A stretch of DNA of 64,000 nt, from assembly GCA_965649765.1 (NCBI GenBank), contig OZ287756.1, positions 7,750,001 to 7,814,000 on the forward strand, written 5' to 3'. Origin of the DNA: Bispira polyomma. Lineage: Eukaryota. The translations under genes were made by a program, and so were the position numbers. Within the stretch, counting starts at the first letter, position 1. Every line of letters starts with the position of its first letter. Positions 50,801-64,000 of the stretch are shown piece by piece. The notes below the pieces were generated by a model. That model ran no database searches. It was not told the DNA's origin and was given only the letters and a program-made list of their open reading frames with translations.

Positions 50801-51799
50801 AGTTTTGTCCATTTTGGTGTGTCCTAGTGCCTTGGCTGTAAAGGCTCTATTTAAGGGTACTCTACGCATTACAAAGTGCAATTCATCGCCTCTGCAGGAA
50901 GGCTTATTTAATAAGTCAGGAAGATTTGAACTTATATTCACACCAACTAACACTACCTCAAAAACGGGATATCTGAAAAAAATCACTTTCTGGAAAATAC
51001 TCGGGACATACTCGGGACTTCTTGTATAACTCTATAAGTCTATTTTCTATATATTATTTGTATCTTTGTATCTGTATTTCCCCTTACTGCTATAACAAAA
51101 AAAAACATGCAAATCATATTAATATTCTTATTTTCCAACAGGTCATTTGAGCCACATGTTTTATCAGTTTTGCACCTAAAATACATTTTTATCTCTCGAA
51201 AAGGGTCAAGGGGCTTGGTCCAGTAGAAATATAATAACTATAACAAACAGTGTGTTGTACATAGTAGTTAATTGAATGGATGTGAAAACCCGTGTATTTA
51301 ATTTATATTTCTGTTATGTTCCAATATGAGGTGTCATAAATTTAACTGAAACATTGTTATCAGCTTTGGTGAATATGTTGAAATATACAAGTACTTACTG
51401 CCACAGACTAACCGATGTACCTTGCATGTTTATCAAAATAACACCACTTGCATATTTTTGTATTTGTTCTACACACCTTTAATATTTTATAGTGTCATCT
51501 AAAATTTAACTGAAATACAATTATTGGCTTGCACTTCCGGTGAATATATCGAAATATATAAGTGGCTATTGCCATAGCTTACCAATGTACCTCGATAACC
51601 TGTGTGCACCACAATCCAGCCATTGTTGATGAGGATCCAGCTGATCACTAACCCCAGTAGTTATCCTGTGAATCATCTTTCGCTTTCTAACATTATTTGT
51701 ATTATATTTGTCTACTTTTTGTCTATAGCTCTTACATGGTCTATATTTGTGTATACCGCTATTGTATTTTGATGTATGCATCATTTTCCCCTCTCCTTT

Positions 51800-52500
51800 A
51801 CAGATGCCTCGACTAATCATGCACCATGAAACGTCCAGAACTCCATTTACCAGTGAAGATGCCTAAATTGTCCGTACACAAGTTGTCAATCGATGGCTAA
51901 TGGGCCAGCCTCCGTTTTCCACAGTTTCCTTTTTGGGGAATCAGCTGGAGTTTGCTAGTTGAAGTACCAGCCCTGTGACTGAGATAGAAATGACTCTGGC
52001 CTCCCTGCCCTCATGAGAACCAATTCCGGATACACCTTATTACCACACCCAGATTCCTCCCAACCCACTCCCATGACTCAGTACTTCCAGTACATGACCC
52101 TCCCTCCAACCAAGTTTCTACTGTGTCTACTCTGCTTGATCCAATACCGCCATATCTCCACACATATGGTACAGAGGCCTATGCTGACAGTTCCGTATCC
52201 AGGCAGGAGCCATATCACCTTCAGCCCCAGGAGCTCAGATCCCCAACTACACCACCACCCACCACATTTGGGTACCCACATAGATTGTCTTATTTAAACC
52301 ATACTAGACTGGGTTTCCCTATTGATGATAGTGATGACTCCCTTCCGTGGATAGCTGTATACCCTTCTACAAGCTCGGCATCCCAGGAAAATGCACCTCC
52401 AGCACTCCATTGAATGATGGTGACAGACGGCCCATTTGGCAAAAAGCCACATTTCCAATCTTTAATTAAGGAGAATAAACTGTGGTGCAGAAACAAATTA
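51800..52500 (+). pseudogene. Degraded Pro/Ser/Thr-rich unassigned exon
   Basis: Follows a polypyrimidine-CAG acceptor at ~51803. ORF 52123..52413 is part of it. No domain recognised. Confidence 0.25.
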
Positions 52501-55284
52501 GTATAGTTTGTCCCCTTCCAAAACAACCCAAACACAATCACTAACACCTGGTATGCATATTCATTCCTTCTTTAACCTTAAATAACACCCATTTATTTCT
52601 GTGTATATTTTAGACCATGGAAAATCAGGTCCTACAAAACCTTCCGACTCAAACTGAAACTAACTCCTCAGCTCAACAATGCCTGACCTTTCTCAACAGT
52701 TCTGCTAGACGGTACATCGGTGTTCGAACCCACATCTGACAATGCCGCTTCATCTGCTGTACCGACTCTGGTAATAAACACAGCTAGCACGCCACCCCTA
52801 CCCACTCAGCTGTCTACCTTTGAGAAAGTTTTACAGCTGTTTCACCCCTTCTGGATTACCCCAGTTCCATATCCTGGCCTGATAAAAATCAATAATGATT
52901 ATTTTTTCTGAATCTTGATCTAGTTCAGAGACATTTCCCAAATTTAATTTTCTGGGCTTTATGAAGCATGTTTCTACTATTCCTTTGTGCACTTCTGTAA
53001 ATGTGACCACCACCCTAACATCAAGTATGACACTAATGACGGACTCACAACAAATTTTAGAATACCATCTTTAATTTTTTGTTTTGCCTAATAGTGCCAC
53101 CCTAATACAACATTTTGACGTGCTGACTGGACATTTTTCTCGTTTATAATGCTTGTCACATGTAAAAACTTCAGTATGGGGACAATGTTTACCAGCTGCT
53201 TTTACTTGTTATTTTTCTTTATTTATCCTTGTCTCATTGTTTTAGGATCAAGCAACTTATTCTGATTATGATAATATTATTATGGGGGAATAGGTTTCTC
53301 TATTTTGCTCTCCATGTATTTCAGTATTTAACTAGTATTTCATAGATTTTGCATATAAATGTGTGGTGTTGATTTAAGGTGCCAAAGTTCCTTAGTGCCT
53401 TGTCTTATAAGAGTATGTGTTGCTTTGCAGGTGTTATACCTAATACCTATATTCATGCTACGATATTTATATTTATGTGTGTGTGTAATTTATATCTTTC
53501 ACATATTTTGTATCTATTTAATTTATTTAAGATATATATATCCTTTCAAATGTTTGCCAACTCTGGTTTGGCAAAATGCAGCGCATTGCTATGTGTATAT
53601 TGTCTGACTATTTTTACTGTTATTTTCCTCATATGTAAAAGTTTGTTAATATATATTTAAAAGTATGTAAAAGTATGTTAATATATATTTTGATGTATGA
53701 TATCAGCACACTTCAATGATGAAGAGATTTTTTAACAGTGGGTGCGTACCACAGAAATGTGTCAATATGTATGACATCTCTAATAAAAATGACAGTAATT
53801 AAAATACTTTAAAGTTTTCTTTTGTCTCAACATTAATGTTAGTTTTAAATTGATCAAATAACCTGTCTCTTTTAAATATATGAAACAACTGAGCCAGCCC
53901 GGTGTCACCCGTCAGCAAATGACGGATACCTAACCTGATGGGCATGAAGGTGGCGTGTCAAGCCAACGAAGGAGGTAGCCTGGGACATGGCGATGCCCGC
54001 TCAAAGTTGCGAGGAGGATACCCTTGTGGGCATCCCACAGTATTCCATAGGCCGATAGGGTCCTCTCGCTCTCAGGATCTGTATGGCCGTGTCACCTTAG
54101 GAAGGCCCGGCCAAACAGAACCTGTCTTTGGTGCAAGGGACGTGAGGCTGAAAGAGGTAGGTACCTGCATTGAAAGAATGCGGGTTACCCTGATCAAAGG
54201 CGAGACACTTACAGATAGGGAAGAGACCTAGACCCTTCCCACACCCCCAAAGGAGACCCTCCCACATTCCCCCACCCCCAACACCCCCAGATGACGCCTA
54301 CACCCCGCCCCCACCACCAAGAAAGACCACCCAGTTCCTCCCAATCCCAGCAGCAATGGGCCCCTTCTACTGCGACCTTTGCGGCCTGGGCCTGTACAGG
54401 TGACAAAATTTTCTAGAAATTTCACAGAGAAATCAGTCAGTTTATTATTAATTCCCTATTGGGCCAGACTGCTCTGGCCCGCAAATTGCAACAACAAGGC
54501 AAGTTGTTTTGTTAGGTAAATGACTAAATGTTATCTAAACCTAAAGTATCCAGAAGCAAAGGCCAAAGACAGGCAAGATTATCACAATAGCTGCTTTGGC
54601 AAGGCAGCTTTTGTGGCCCTTCTTCATTACCTTTGTGATAAGGAAAGTGATAAAAAGATATACTTTAATGTAAAGGTGCCAGATGTCCTTAAGGCTGCTA
54701 AAGATTCCTAAAATCATATTGATCAGGTCTGCAAGTTATTATCAAAGTAAGGTGCCCTCTAAAAGGAAAGAAATCTTAAAAGCTCAATTCACCCATTTGA
54801 GGTTGCTAATTGTCAGCATTATGAAATTGGGTACACTACATGTTGCAGACATTACCTCCGCAAAAGGTGTTCCTTAGACTTTTTGTCCAAATCAGTCATG
54901 CTAAGTACTTCAATTTTGCCTTAAATATGGCTCTCTTATACTGAGGTCATCTATGTTACTAAAACGTGTCTCTAAATCAGGAAAACTAATCACTGATGAT
55001 GGCACCCTTGCCCTACCATGGCCAAACTTGGACAAAAGCCGATGGATGCCCCAGCATATATGGATTTAACCAACCATCACTGTCATTTAATTTTTTAGCA
55101 ACATTATCCTACCTGGCAAATACCAACCTGGGAATGTTTCAGGAGCAGCAGTTTATCTTCAATTGACAGATTACTACAACGTAGACACTTTTTACCTGCC
55201 ACTACAATTTCTAACTTTGTACCAGTCTTCAACAAAAATGCAGGACTTTGTATGAACTTTATGCTTCAGTATCATTTACAAAAT

Positions 55285-55580
55285 TTTGTTATCTGCCCAG
55301 AGCCCTTTCTACAGGAAGCCACTGGCACCAAACGCTCAGCAAAAGATATGCTTGGGTGCAAGTCCTGTTGGAAAAAACACCCTTCGGAATTGCATTAAAA
55401 CATGTATGGAGAAGGCCGGCTTCCAAGGTAACTATTCCAGCCACAATGGAAAGGCAACATGCGCCACATACTCGTACCGTGCGCAAATGCCATGCCATTC
55501 AAGCAAGGGTTGGAAACAGAAACTTAGATTGCTTGCGCACATACAACAGATTGTGGATGATGCTCAAGTTTCATTAAGAA
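55285..55580 (+). mobile_element. Crypton-type tyrosine recombinase C-terminal remnant (short homologous piece at ~38705-38760)
   Basis: PFYRKPL...PVGKNTLRNCIKTCMEKAGFQGNYSSHNGKATCAT, then after a frameshift IQARVGNRNLDCLRTYNR. These correspond to the degenerate HxxR/K, GH and catalytic Y boxes. Confidence 0.7.
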
Positions 55581-55590
55581 AAGATCCCCC

Positions 55591-55643
<53 letters not shown>

Positions 55644-56276
55644 ATTTCCGCAATTTCTAAAAGTTTGAGATTTAGTCATCACCTTTTGCGTAGGAATACC
55701 AATAGATTATCGTTCGCCAAAATAAAGTTCAAAATAGTCGTTTAAAGTTAAAATATACAGTCAAGTCCTTTCTAAATTCAATCTAATTTAACATTTCGGG
55801 AGTAAGGGGAACACTCGTTTGTCATTTTAAACAAATACAATAGTTATTTTCCTTAGGCTTTCCCCTTCCATTAAAAGGGGATTAACAATTACTGATAGCC
55901 CAAAATAAATTCTAGTATACTTTAATGAACTAAAATATATAGGCAAATTCTTCACAAATTCAATTTATTAATAATAATTTAATATTTCGGGAGTAAGGGG
56001 GACACTCGTTTTGCGTTATAAACCAATAAAACATCTTTTTAGTAAGGCTTTCCACCCCCTTGCAAATAGTAAACCAAGCCCCATTGCCAAATATGGCGAG
56101 ACATAATGCTCCAGTGGAGTGACGTACCTCTTCCGATACAGTATCTAATCTAATGATCTGTCCCACCTTGGCCAATGGGCAACTAGAAAATAGTCACGTG
56201 GGTGTCCGAAGCTATCAGGACAAAAGATTAGTAAGCCCATGCTTTCTCTTTGTCTCCAGCCATTCAAAGGAAAGGA
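55644..56276 (+). repeat. ~630-bp near-identical direct repeat (second copy 59057-59677)
   Basis: Identical 71-aa translations at 55960..56175 and 59362..59577. Internal repeats ATTTCGGGAGTAAGGGG and TAGGCTTTCC. TGACGT, CCAAT and CACGTG motifs are clustered at 56120-56200. Confidence 0.92.
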
Positions 56277-57789
56277 ATTAGGCTTTCCCCTTCTGTTAAA
56301 ATCATGTTATGCATCTTAAGCTTGCACACTTCATTATTTATTACTACTTTCATTATTATATTGTATCTGTTTAAATATAGTGCATATTTTATAATATTCG
56401 GTGTAAAAAGGACAAGTCTTGTCCACACGTATTCTGTTAGAAACCAGCAGTATGCTGGAAGCAATAACTGATATTGATGTAGTGTGACAAGATGTTATAA
56501 TTTTGTCATGTATATCAGATATTTTTACTTGACAGAAAAAAAGAGTAGGTAGGTTGTGGATGTGGAGAAGTGTCTACAACGAGCAAGTCTTGCAATGCCT
56601 TGGACCTACCAGACACAAATATTTTTATGATCTGAATCATATGAAGCCATACAATGAAGTGAGACAACCAACAAAACTCTGTCAGTTGCTGAATGAACAG
56701 CAACATCCAATCCCTATGCAGTTAGCCGATGACCCTCAAGTTGGACCATCCACATCTTTCAATAGAGCAGGATCAATGCTCATGCTCCTACAGAATGTCC
56801 AGGAGCCCCAACCATGAATCTCTGGCCAGTTTGTTCCTGGTGTTGTACCACAGCCTTCCCAAACCACTACACGTACCACCAATTTTCCTTTTATACAAGA
56901 AACAGCTTCCGGTTTTAAATCTTTGGATGTGCCTGATCTCTTTCAGAGTAAGCATGCTGCCCTGATTATTAATTTAGATTTAGTATCAACCACTTTCCCC
57001 ACCTTTAATTTTTGGCATTTTCTGACTAAATACCCTCTATTTGAACAGTGATTTTAAAGTAAGTGCAACGGCCCAAGGACGGGGTATGTTAGACATTGCC
57101 ACTTGTCAACCAGAGCTTCTACAATATCTACTACAACATTTCTTTCTTTTGCAGTCATTATGCTTTGGTACAACTGGAGTATCATAATGTAAATTGTCAA
57201 GTGGAGGTGGTCCAGATGCCAAGTTATTACTCCTTATAATTCAGTTGGAGGTAGGTCGTGTTCTCCTAAGTTCTCCATTTGACAATTGTTTGTGTCAAAT
57301 GAAAGTTTAATATATGTTGTCTTCTTTTATTAAAAACAAAATAACAATGTTCACAAAAAATATATATATAAAAGTACTTTCTTGATGGTGCCTCTGGTTA
57401 AATTCTCTAAAAACTGAGTTATTTCACTCTCAGTAGTTCATTGTCAAAGTTTTTCTGCAAATACAATAATTTTTTAAATATTAAAAAAGAATTAGATTTC
57501 TGTAAGTGTGACAGGCTTACCTTTTTTGGAGATGTAGGACAGTTCCCTAGATTTGGTATGTGGCTGAAGCATGAAGATTAAGAGGATTTTTGAGGAGTAT
57601 GAATATTTAGAAGATGGCAAGTGTGGATACAAAAACCTGGACCCACATGGTTTGGGGTCAGAACTATGGATTTGCAAAACCAGTTAATATAATTATTTTT
57701 TAACAATTTTAAAATTAATTAAGTAAACATTTATGTTTTTCAAATACTTTGCAAGATTTGTTAATGTATAAGTATAAAATATTTGAAGA

Positions 57790-58380
57790 AATGTAATTGT
57801 TATTGTTATTACGTGACGAAGGGTTTCTACTGGATTATAATGGTACCATTACTTTTAGACAGCTAAAAGTAGTCAAGAGACTGTAGATGATAGAGTGGAG
57901 GGGACTGGAGGTGAAGTTGAAGATGCCATGAGGGTAGTGGAGGAGGTGTTCAGTCTTAAGAACAGAAAATTTTTTATGTAAGTGTCTTTAAATGAAATTT
58001 TTAATGAATTTCTACTGGTTTTTAATGATGCCTTTACATTTAGGGTTATGTGATTTGGTGTGTATTATACATATTGATAGTCATGTGAAGAAAGAACTGT
58101 TGATGGTCATGTGACCAGTTATCTGATAATATTTAGATAACATTGCCTTATATGGGGTGTCATGTGACCTGCATAGGATTATTTTTATTATGTGACAAAA
58201 GGTTTCTACTGGTTTTTAATGATGCCTTTACTTTTAGGACAACTGAAAGGAGTCAAGAGACTGTGGAAAATAAAGGGGAAGGGACTAGAGGTGAAGTTGA
58301 AGATGCCATAAAGACAGTGGAGGAGGTGTTCAGTCCCCAAGAACAAGTAGTTTTTAATGTAAGTGTCTCTAAATGAAATG
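57790..58380 (+). repeat. Local diverged tandem duplication (~57790-58000 and ~58185-58380)
   Basis: cttttag.acag/aactaaa...agtcaagagactgt...gaggtgaagttgaagatgccat...gaggaggtgttcagtc occurs twice. Confidence 0.75.
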
Positions 58381-60788
58381 TTACAAACTAACAGTAATTG
58401 AAATGTAAATTTCAGTGATACACTTAATATACCAGTAAAGTATTTTACACATTGAAGTTATAATACAATGTAACACATCAGTTTTGTGAATACAAAAGAT
58501 TACAATTATAAAAGTGACACAATGCAAGAAATGAATTAATATAACATTAAATCTATGTAAATACACCCATATGTAGCAATAAACATACCAAATGATACAA
58601 TATAATGATGTTTACCAGTAGTAATAAATTGTCATCAGTTATCTTTTTAAACAACACAGTAGTTCATGAAGGATATCCAAGTAATAGTTGTTGAATATAC
58701 ATATATATTTTTTTTTTAATTTTAGAACTCTGGGGATTTATCAAACCTGGGAGGTGGATGGTGGGCCAGGCCTGAAGAGTGAGATTTTAGTAACAGGACT
58801 ACACTCTGGACTATTTAGAGATTCAAAATATTTATTTACTGAATTGTGTAATCTAAAAGCAGTAAAATTTGAAAATGTCACAGTGTGTTTCATTTGGAGA
58901 TAATAATTGTAACTTTGAACATCACTATATATCATAACCTGGTAAGTGTGTAAAAACATGAACACATTAAGACTGACCATTCCTCTCTGAACCAATATAC
59001 ATAATGTAACAATCAGCCTGTCTAAATTTCCGGGATATTCGGAGCGCCCGTTTGGTATTTCCGCAATTTCTAAAAGTTTGAGATTTAGTCATCACCTTTT
59101 GCGTAGGAATACCAACAGATTATCGTTCACCAAAATAAAGTTCAAAATAGTCGTTTAAAGTTAAAATATACAGTCAAGTGCTTTCTAAATTCAATCTAAT
59201 TTAACATTTCGGGAGTAAGGGGAACACTTTTAAACAAATACAATAGTTATTTTCCTTAGGCTTTCCCCTTCCATTAAAAGGGATTAACAATTACTGATAG
59301 CCCAAAATAAATTCTAATATACTTTAATGAACTAAAATATATAGGCAAATTCTTCACAAATTCAATTTATTAATAATAATTTAATATTTCGGGAGTAAGG
59401 GGGACACTCGTTTTGCGTTATAAACCAATAAAACATCTTTTTAGTAAGGCTTTCCACCCCCTTGCAAATAGTAAACCAAGCCCCATTGCCAAATATGGCG
59501 AGACATAATGCTCCAGTGGAGTGACGTACCTCTTCCGATACAGTATCTAATCTAATGATCTGTCCCACCTTGGCCAATGGGCAACTAGAAAATAGTCACG
59601 TGGGTGTCCGAAGCTATCAGGACAAAGATTAGTAAGCCCATGCTTTCTCTTTGTCTCCAGCCATTCAAAGGAAAGGACAGGAATTTTGTGTTGTAATCTG
59701 TTGGATTTATTTTACCAAGGTAGGGCTTTTAAAATGTTTTAAAAACACAAACTAACATATTTGAGAAGGGTTTAGGGGTATCAGGGTATAATTTCAGTTT
59801 TGAAAGGGGTTATTTAAAGCCTAATTTTGACCTTTTAGTTTGACTCTAGGTAAATTCTGAACAGTCTTGTTAATGGGTTTTACTATAGTCTTAAAGTTGA
59901 TAATCAGGGATATAGTTAAATCCCCTTCATCTTTCTCCATGTTTTAACACAAAATAGTTATTTCATTCATCCTTCATGGATTCCAGGGCTGCTAGATTTT
60001 GAGTAGGAAGGTGGTCCACTCTTGCTATATGGTGGGTAGTTTTGAGACGATGTGCCCCCGTTTCATATTATATGTTAGTTGGGTCCACTATACTACAGGG
60101 CTTACAACGGCCAGAGGTGGGTACATCTAACCTCAGGAGGCCACGGAGGTGGGGGGCTGTAGTCACCGCGGAGTTGACCCCGGTACGTGAATGTACCCAC
60201 CCAAATGTTGTTCATCCATTAGATTCATCTGGGTCATTTATCATGGGCGGTAGGGATTTTTATTTAATCACCATTAGTCTGTCTGTTCCTTTCCTTGGTG
60301 TCCCCTGGTGTGGGTGGAGTGATTCTGGGGAGTAGCCTGCCATAAGGTTCACTTCCTCGAGTCCCACCTAGGGGGTGGGGAACCAGGTGTGTACTGGAAC
60401 ATTGAGCAATCCCCCTACATCAGCCACTATTTATTTGAAATCTGGGTCAGGGAATGGTAGAGTCAATAATTGTATTTTGGGCATTGGACACAATGTCACT
60501 TTTAAATTTATCAATTTTGATTTTATTAATATTCTAAATTTGATAGTTCTACTCATTGTGTATGTGTGAGGAAATCTGATGTAGTTTAAGTTATCAAAAG
60601 ACCAACAATTTATGCTTCTTGCTCTAAATATTATGAAATGCTGTATTTATTATCTCTTTTTTCACATAATGTATAGTTTTGGTTATCCAGTATAATATGT
60701 TTATCATGTACAGTATTTAATATTATAATTAATGTTTTATAGTTAATGTTATGAACTAATCATATATGTAGTTAGTAGTGTATAGAAG

Positions 60789-60988
60789 NNNNNNNNNNNN
60801 NNNNNNNNNNNNNNNNNNNNNNNNNNNNNNNNNNNNNNNNNNNNNNNNNNNNNNNNNNNNNNNNNNNNNNNNNNNNNNNNNNNNNNNNNNNNNNNNNNNN
60901 NNNNNNNNNNNNNNNNNNNNNNNNNNNNNNNNNNNNNNNNNNNNNNNNNNNNNNNNNNNNNNNNNNNNNNNNNNNNNNNNNNNNNNNN
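60789..60988. other. Assembly gap (200 N)
   Basis: Run of N. Confidence 1.
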
Positions 60989-61413
60989 AGCGCCTGTAAG
61001 TTCACTTGATCCGAAAATGTAACCAAAAGAAAATAATATAGCAATTCAATAATGTTAAGGCAACTCACTGGTAATTTGCAAAGGTCCTTTTATTGCATGC
61101 AAATCAGACTCGTACCCAGTTACATGGATAGTATTTCTGATGAATTTGAATCACAATTTAGTAACTGAACTCACCACTGGGTAAATATTGGTTACAAAGT
61201 GGACAGCATTTCGCCATTTTTAAGCAATGGTAAATAATTGCAATAAAATATTACTTACAAGCTTTATTAAAAATAATTAAAATAATAATAATATGAAATA
61301 GTTTATCCACATGATGCATAATATCAGAAATAGAAACAATCAGCAATACAGTCCAATAACTCATCTGAACGAGTTATCAACCTCACATTTTGAGCAGTAC
61401 CACTGTTTATTTA

Positions 61414-61651
61414 CTGCTACCCTGCGCATTATGAACATGGGGGCGCAATATGGGCATACTAACATTTATCAACAATACCTTTTTAATGTTAAGAGATAAC
61501 AGTTGGTATTAAGTGGCATAATATTTTAAATATTTAATGTAATAAATTAATTAATCAATGTAAACATTCATCTAGAAGAATAAACAAAATCAAACATAAT
61601 TGCGGGTATGCCCATATTGCGCCCCTATGCCCATAATGCGCAGGGTAGTAG
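61414..61651. mobile_element. MITE, ~46-bp TIRs, TA flanks (Tc1/mariner-pogo type)
   Basis: Left end CTGCTACCCTGCGCATTATGAACATGGGGGCGCAATATGGGCATAC matches the right-end reverse complement CTACTACCCTGCGCATTATGGGCATAGGGGCGCAATATGGGCATAC. TA at 61412-13 and 61652-53. Confidence 0.85.
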
Positions 61652-62238
61652 TAGCTCTGTTGGTACTTTAAATTCGTTTAAAATTTATTTCGGCAGACCA
61701 TACTCTATATACTGGTTTTATTATAAACATGTGTATGTTATATAGATATTATAATAGTGAAAGAATTCCTTTAAAAGGAATTTTATCCAGTGATTAGGTG
61801 TAATAACCATATTTATGGCGAATCGCTGTCCCAACTTGTCTGCACAAACAGCACTTTTGCAATATTTACCATATCCTTTCTGCAATTGTATCCCTATTTT
61901 CCCATGAACACGCCTAGTCAATATAATATTATCATATTATTCCTTCAAACCCTGCTTCCTATTGCAGCCGAGGTAAAAAAATAATCAAATATGACTGCCC
62001 ACAACACACACTACAAAAAAAACTCTTTTGTTCCAGTACTGAAAGACGCGCGCTTGTTTATGTGTGTGTTGTGTGTGTAAACTAATGTATCTTCAAGCCT
62101 CTGTATAGTGTATATGTGTACTTTGAAAGCAGGTATCACGCTGGTTTTCAGCTGGGTCAAGCTAATGCTGTAGCCTGGCTGTCGCCCAAAGGTTGTTATT
62201 TTTTTATATTATCAGGCGGCCTAGCCTGATGTCGTTTT

Positions 62239-62561
62239 CAGGGGCGTAGCTACCATTAACGCCAGTACGCCCAGGCGTACCAATTTAATGACAAGAAAGA
62301 AAAAAAAATTAATTAAAATTTTTTTTATTCTGTTTGTTTAATTAGTAACATAGATTCTTGTTGTTAAATAAAATTTTATTTTGTACTCCCCAATTAAACA
62401 ACAATATTATGTTAATGACCCCCCCACCCCCACCCCCACCCCCCACCCACCCCCACCACCACCCCACCACCACCAATTGAATTTTTGGTAGGACAAAAAA
62501 AGAACCTAATATATTGGTTTAATTTGGGAGTACCAGATGAAAGATCTTGGCTACTCCCCTG
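62239..62561. mobile_element. Non-autonomous TIR element (CAGGGGCGTAGC type)
   Basis: Ends CAGGGGCGTAGC and GCTACTCCCCTG match at 11/12. GTTTT is duplicated on both flanks. Internal C-rich repeat at ~62419-62474. Confidence 0.75.
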
Positions 62562-64000
62562 GTTTTCATTCTGAAAAGGGCACTGACAACTTAGAAATAT
62601 GTATGGCCTTCATAGATTCGTTTGAAGTGACTTATCGAAACCGATAGGCGTTAGGACTATTGTTATCAGAGCAGCTGAGGGATGTCAGATTTGCCCGAGT
62701 ATGTAGTGGCCCAATTAACATTAGCGTATTTCAAACTGGGCACCTGTTTTGTTTTTATTAGACAATTCTTCTTTTTATATATATTTGTTGTGCATAGTAA
62801 AAGGCCTTGCCTAATTTACACCACATTCAGTGATATTTAGGTTGTTTTAGGTTAATATTACAACTATTTTAACGCCTCAAACCTCTATTTACAGTCATTG
62901 GTACAAATCTGGGCCATGGTGTACCTGTCGGGAAAGTTAGCAAAAAAACTTGCTGAAGGTTGGCAGTTAACACTGCAACTAAATCTTGACCAAACTAATA
63001 TGGTTCCCTACATCAATAAAGAGGGTAATGTCTGTGTTACACTAATTATCTAGATTGATCTACCATCAATAAACAATTTGGCATATTGAAAAGTAGGGGT
63101 GTCCATCAATTTTAGTATGACCATAATTGAACTTCTAAAACACACACCAAAACTTGTAAACTTGACTACATGTGGAAAGGGAACTCTAACAACTAAAAAT
63201 AGAGGCATGAAATATGACAATAGTTACTAAATCACACAGTCCATGATTTTAAATTTACAGCCTGTTGGCGGGAAAGGCTAGTAAATGCTGCTGCCAAGTA
63301 AATCTGTTTGGGGAGTCAGATTAAATTATATAGTATGGTTTCTGGTTTGCAGAGCTGATAAGTATACAAATCCGGTGTGTGCAGATAGTAGAGACCATTT
63401 TGGCAGAGCCACAAATGTTAACAAAACCTCTCCACACTCTCTGACTAATGGTTTTTGGCAGTCAATCTACAGCTGTGTGCTTCGTCTCCAGATATGTTTA
63501 TATACTAGACATGCTGTTTTCACTTTGTTTTTGTCAGGCACAGCCTGATGTTGATTGATTCTGAAAAGCGGCTGCCATGTTGGAAATAGGGATTGGTTGG
63601 ATTCAAAGTATATCAGTAATATTTTAGATTTTTCTCAAAAATATTTGGTATTGTAATGACAACCACATGTATTATTTATTATGTAACTCAAGTGACATAT
63701 ATAAGCCAATTTGAGATGGGCAAATATATTTTTGTGTATCTATGGTATTGTTATTGTTAATATTGTCACTATAATAAATAAAATATATCATACCATCAGG
63801 CACAGCTGTCATGTTGTAAATAATACGTAAGGCCGTCAAGGATTGGTTTCGATACAATCGACCTCTGGCTCAATTTTCTCGATTTTTGTCTCAAGCATTA
63901 TATGAGGACAGTTGGGTGTGATAAATAGATATTGATGCTTGTACTTGCATAGAGACAACTGGCCCAATTCACATAGTGGAATCATAATGACTTCCTGTAT

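Noticed and set aside
14450-59940. Uniformly antisense (flamenco-like) piRNA cluster
   Set aside because: Gypsy and Crypton remnants are plus strand but the LINE at 45940-46845 is minus. The bias may just reflect duplication and cannot be claimed without small-RNA data.
60772-61068. ORFs spanning the N run
   Set aside because: Artefacts of the assembly gap.
63285-63580. Possible Crypton N-terminal remnant on the minus strand
   Set aside because: The resemblance is too weak and the frames are broken.

Overview
This is AT-rich eukaryotic DNA. It has spliceosomal introns, tRNA-derived SINEs and a 200-N scaffold gap at 60789-60988. The SINE and LINE tails suggest an invertebrate, probably a mollusc or other lophotrochozoan (inference). 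No ordinary host gene is recognisable. The one complete unit is a 4,434-bp PIF/Harbinger DNA transposon (9353-13786, TTA target-site duplication, 23-bp TIRs). Its two convergent spliced genes are interdigitated. The catalytic DDE exon of the transposase fills intron 3 of the MADF-BESS gene, and the last MADF-BESS exon lies inside transposase intron 2. The MADF-BESS gene is intact (310 aa), while the transposase carries a nonsense codon and a frameshift. Most of 14-60 kb is a patchwork of short modules that recur 2-4 times in the same orientation but in shuffled order, with shared junctions. The modules include abridged Gypsy pieces, a Crypton-type tyrosine recombinase remnant, a Ginger-like integrase exon, and small unassigned ORFs. 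Among the ORFs are two BTB/SKP1-like families and an ATGA-coupled pair. A ~2.7-kb block near the window start recurs inverted about 38 kb away. Other elements are I/Nimb LINE 5' and 3' remnants, two SINEs, two MITEs and several tandem repeats. Duplication boundaries were placed by eye and are approximate.
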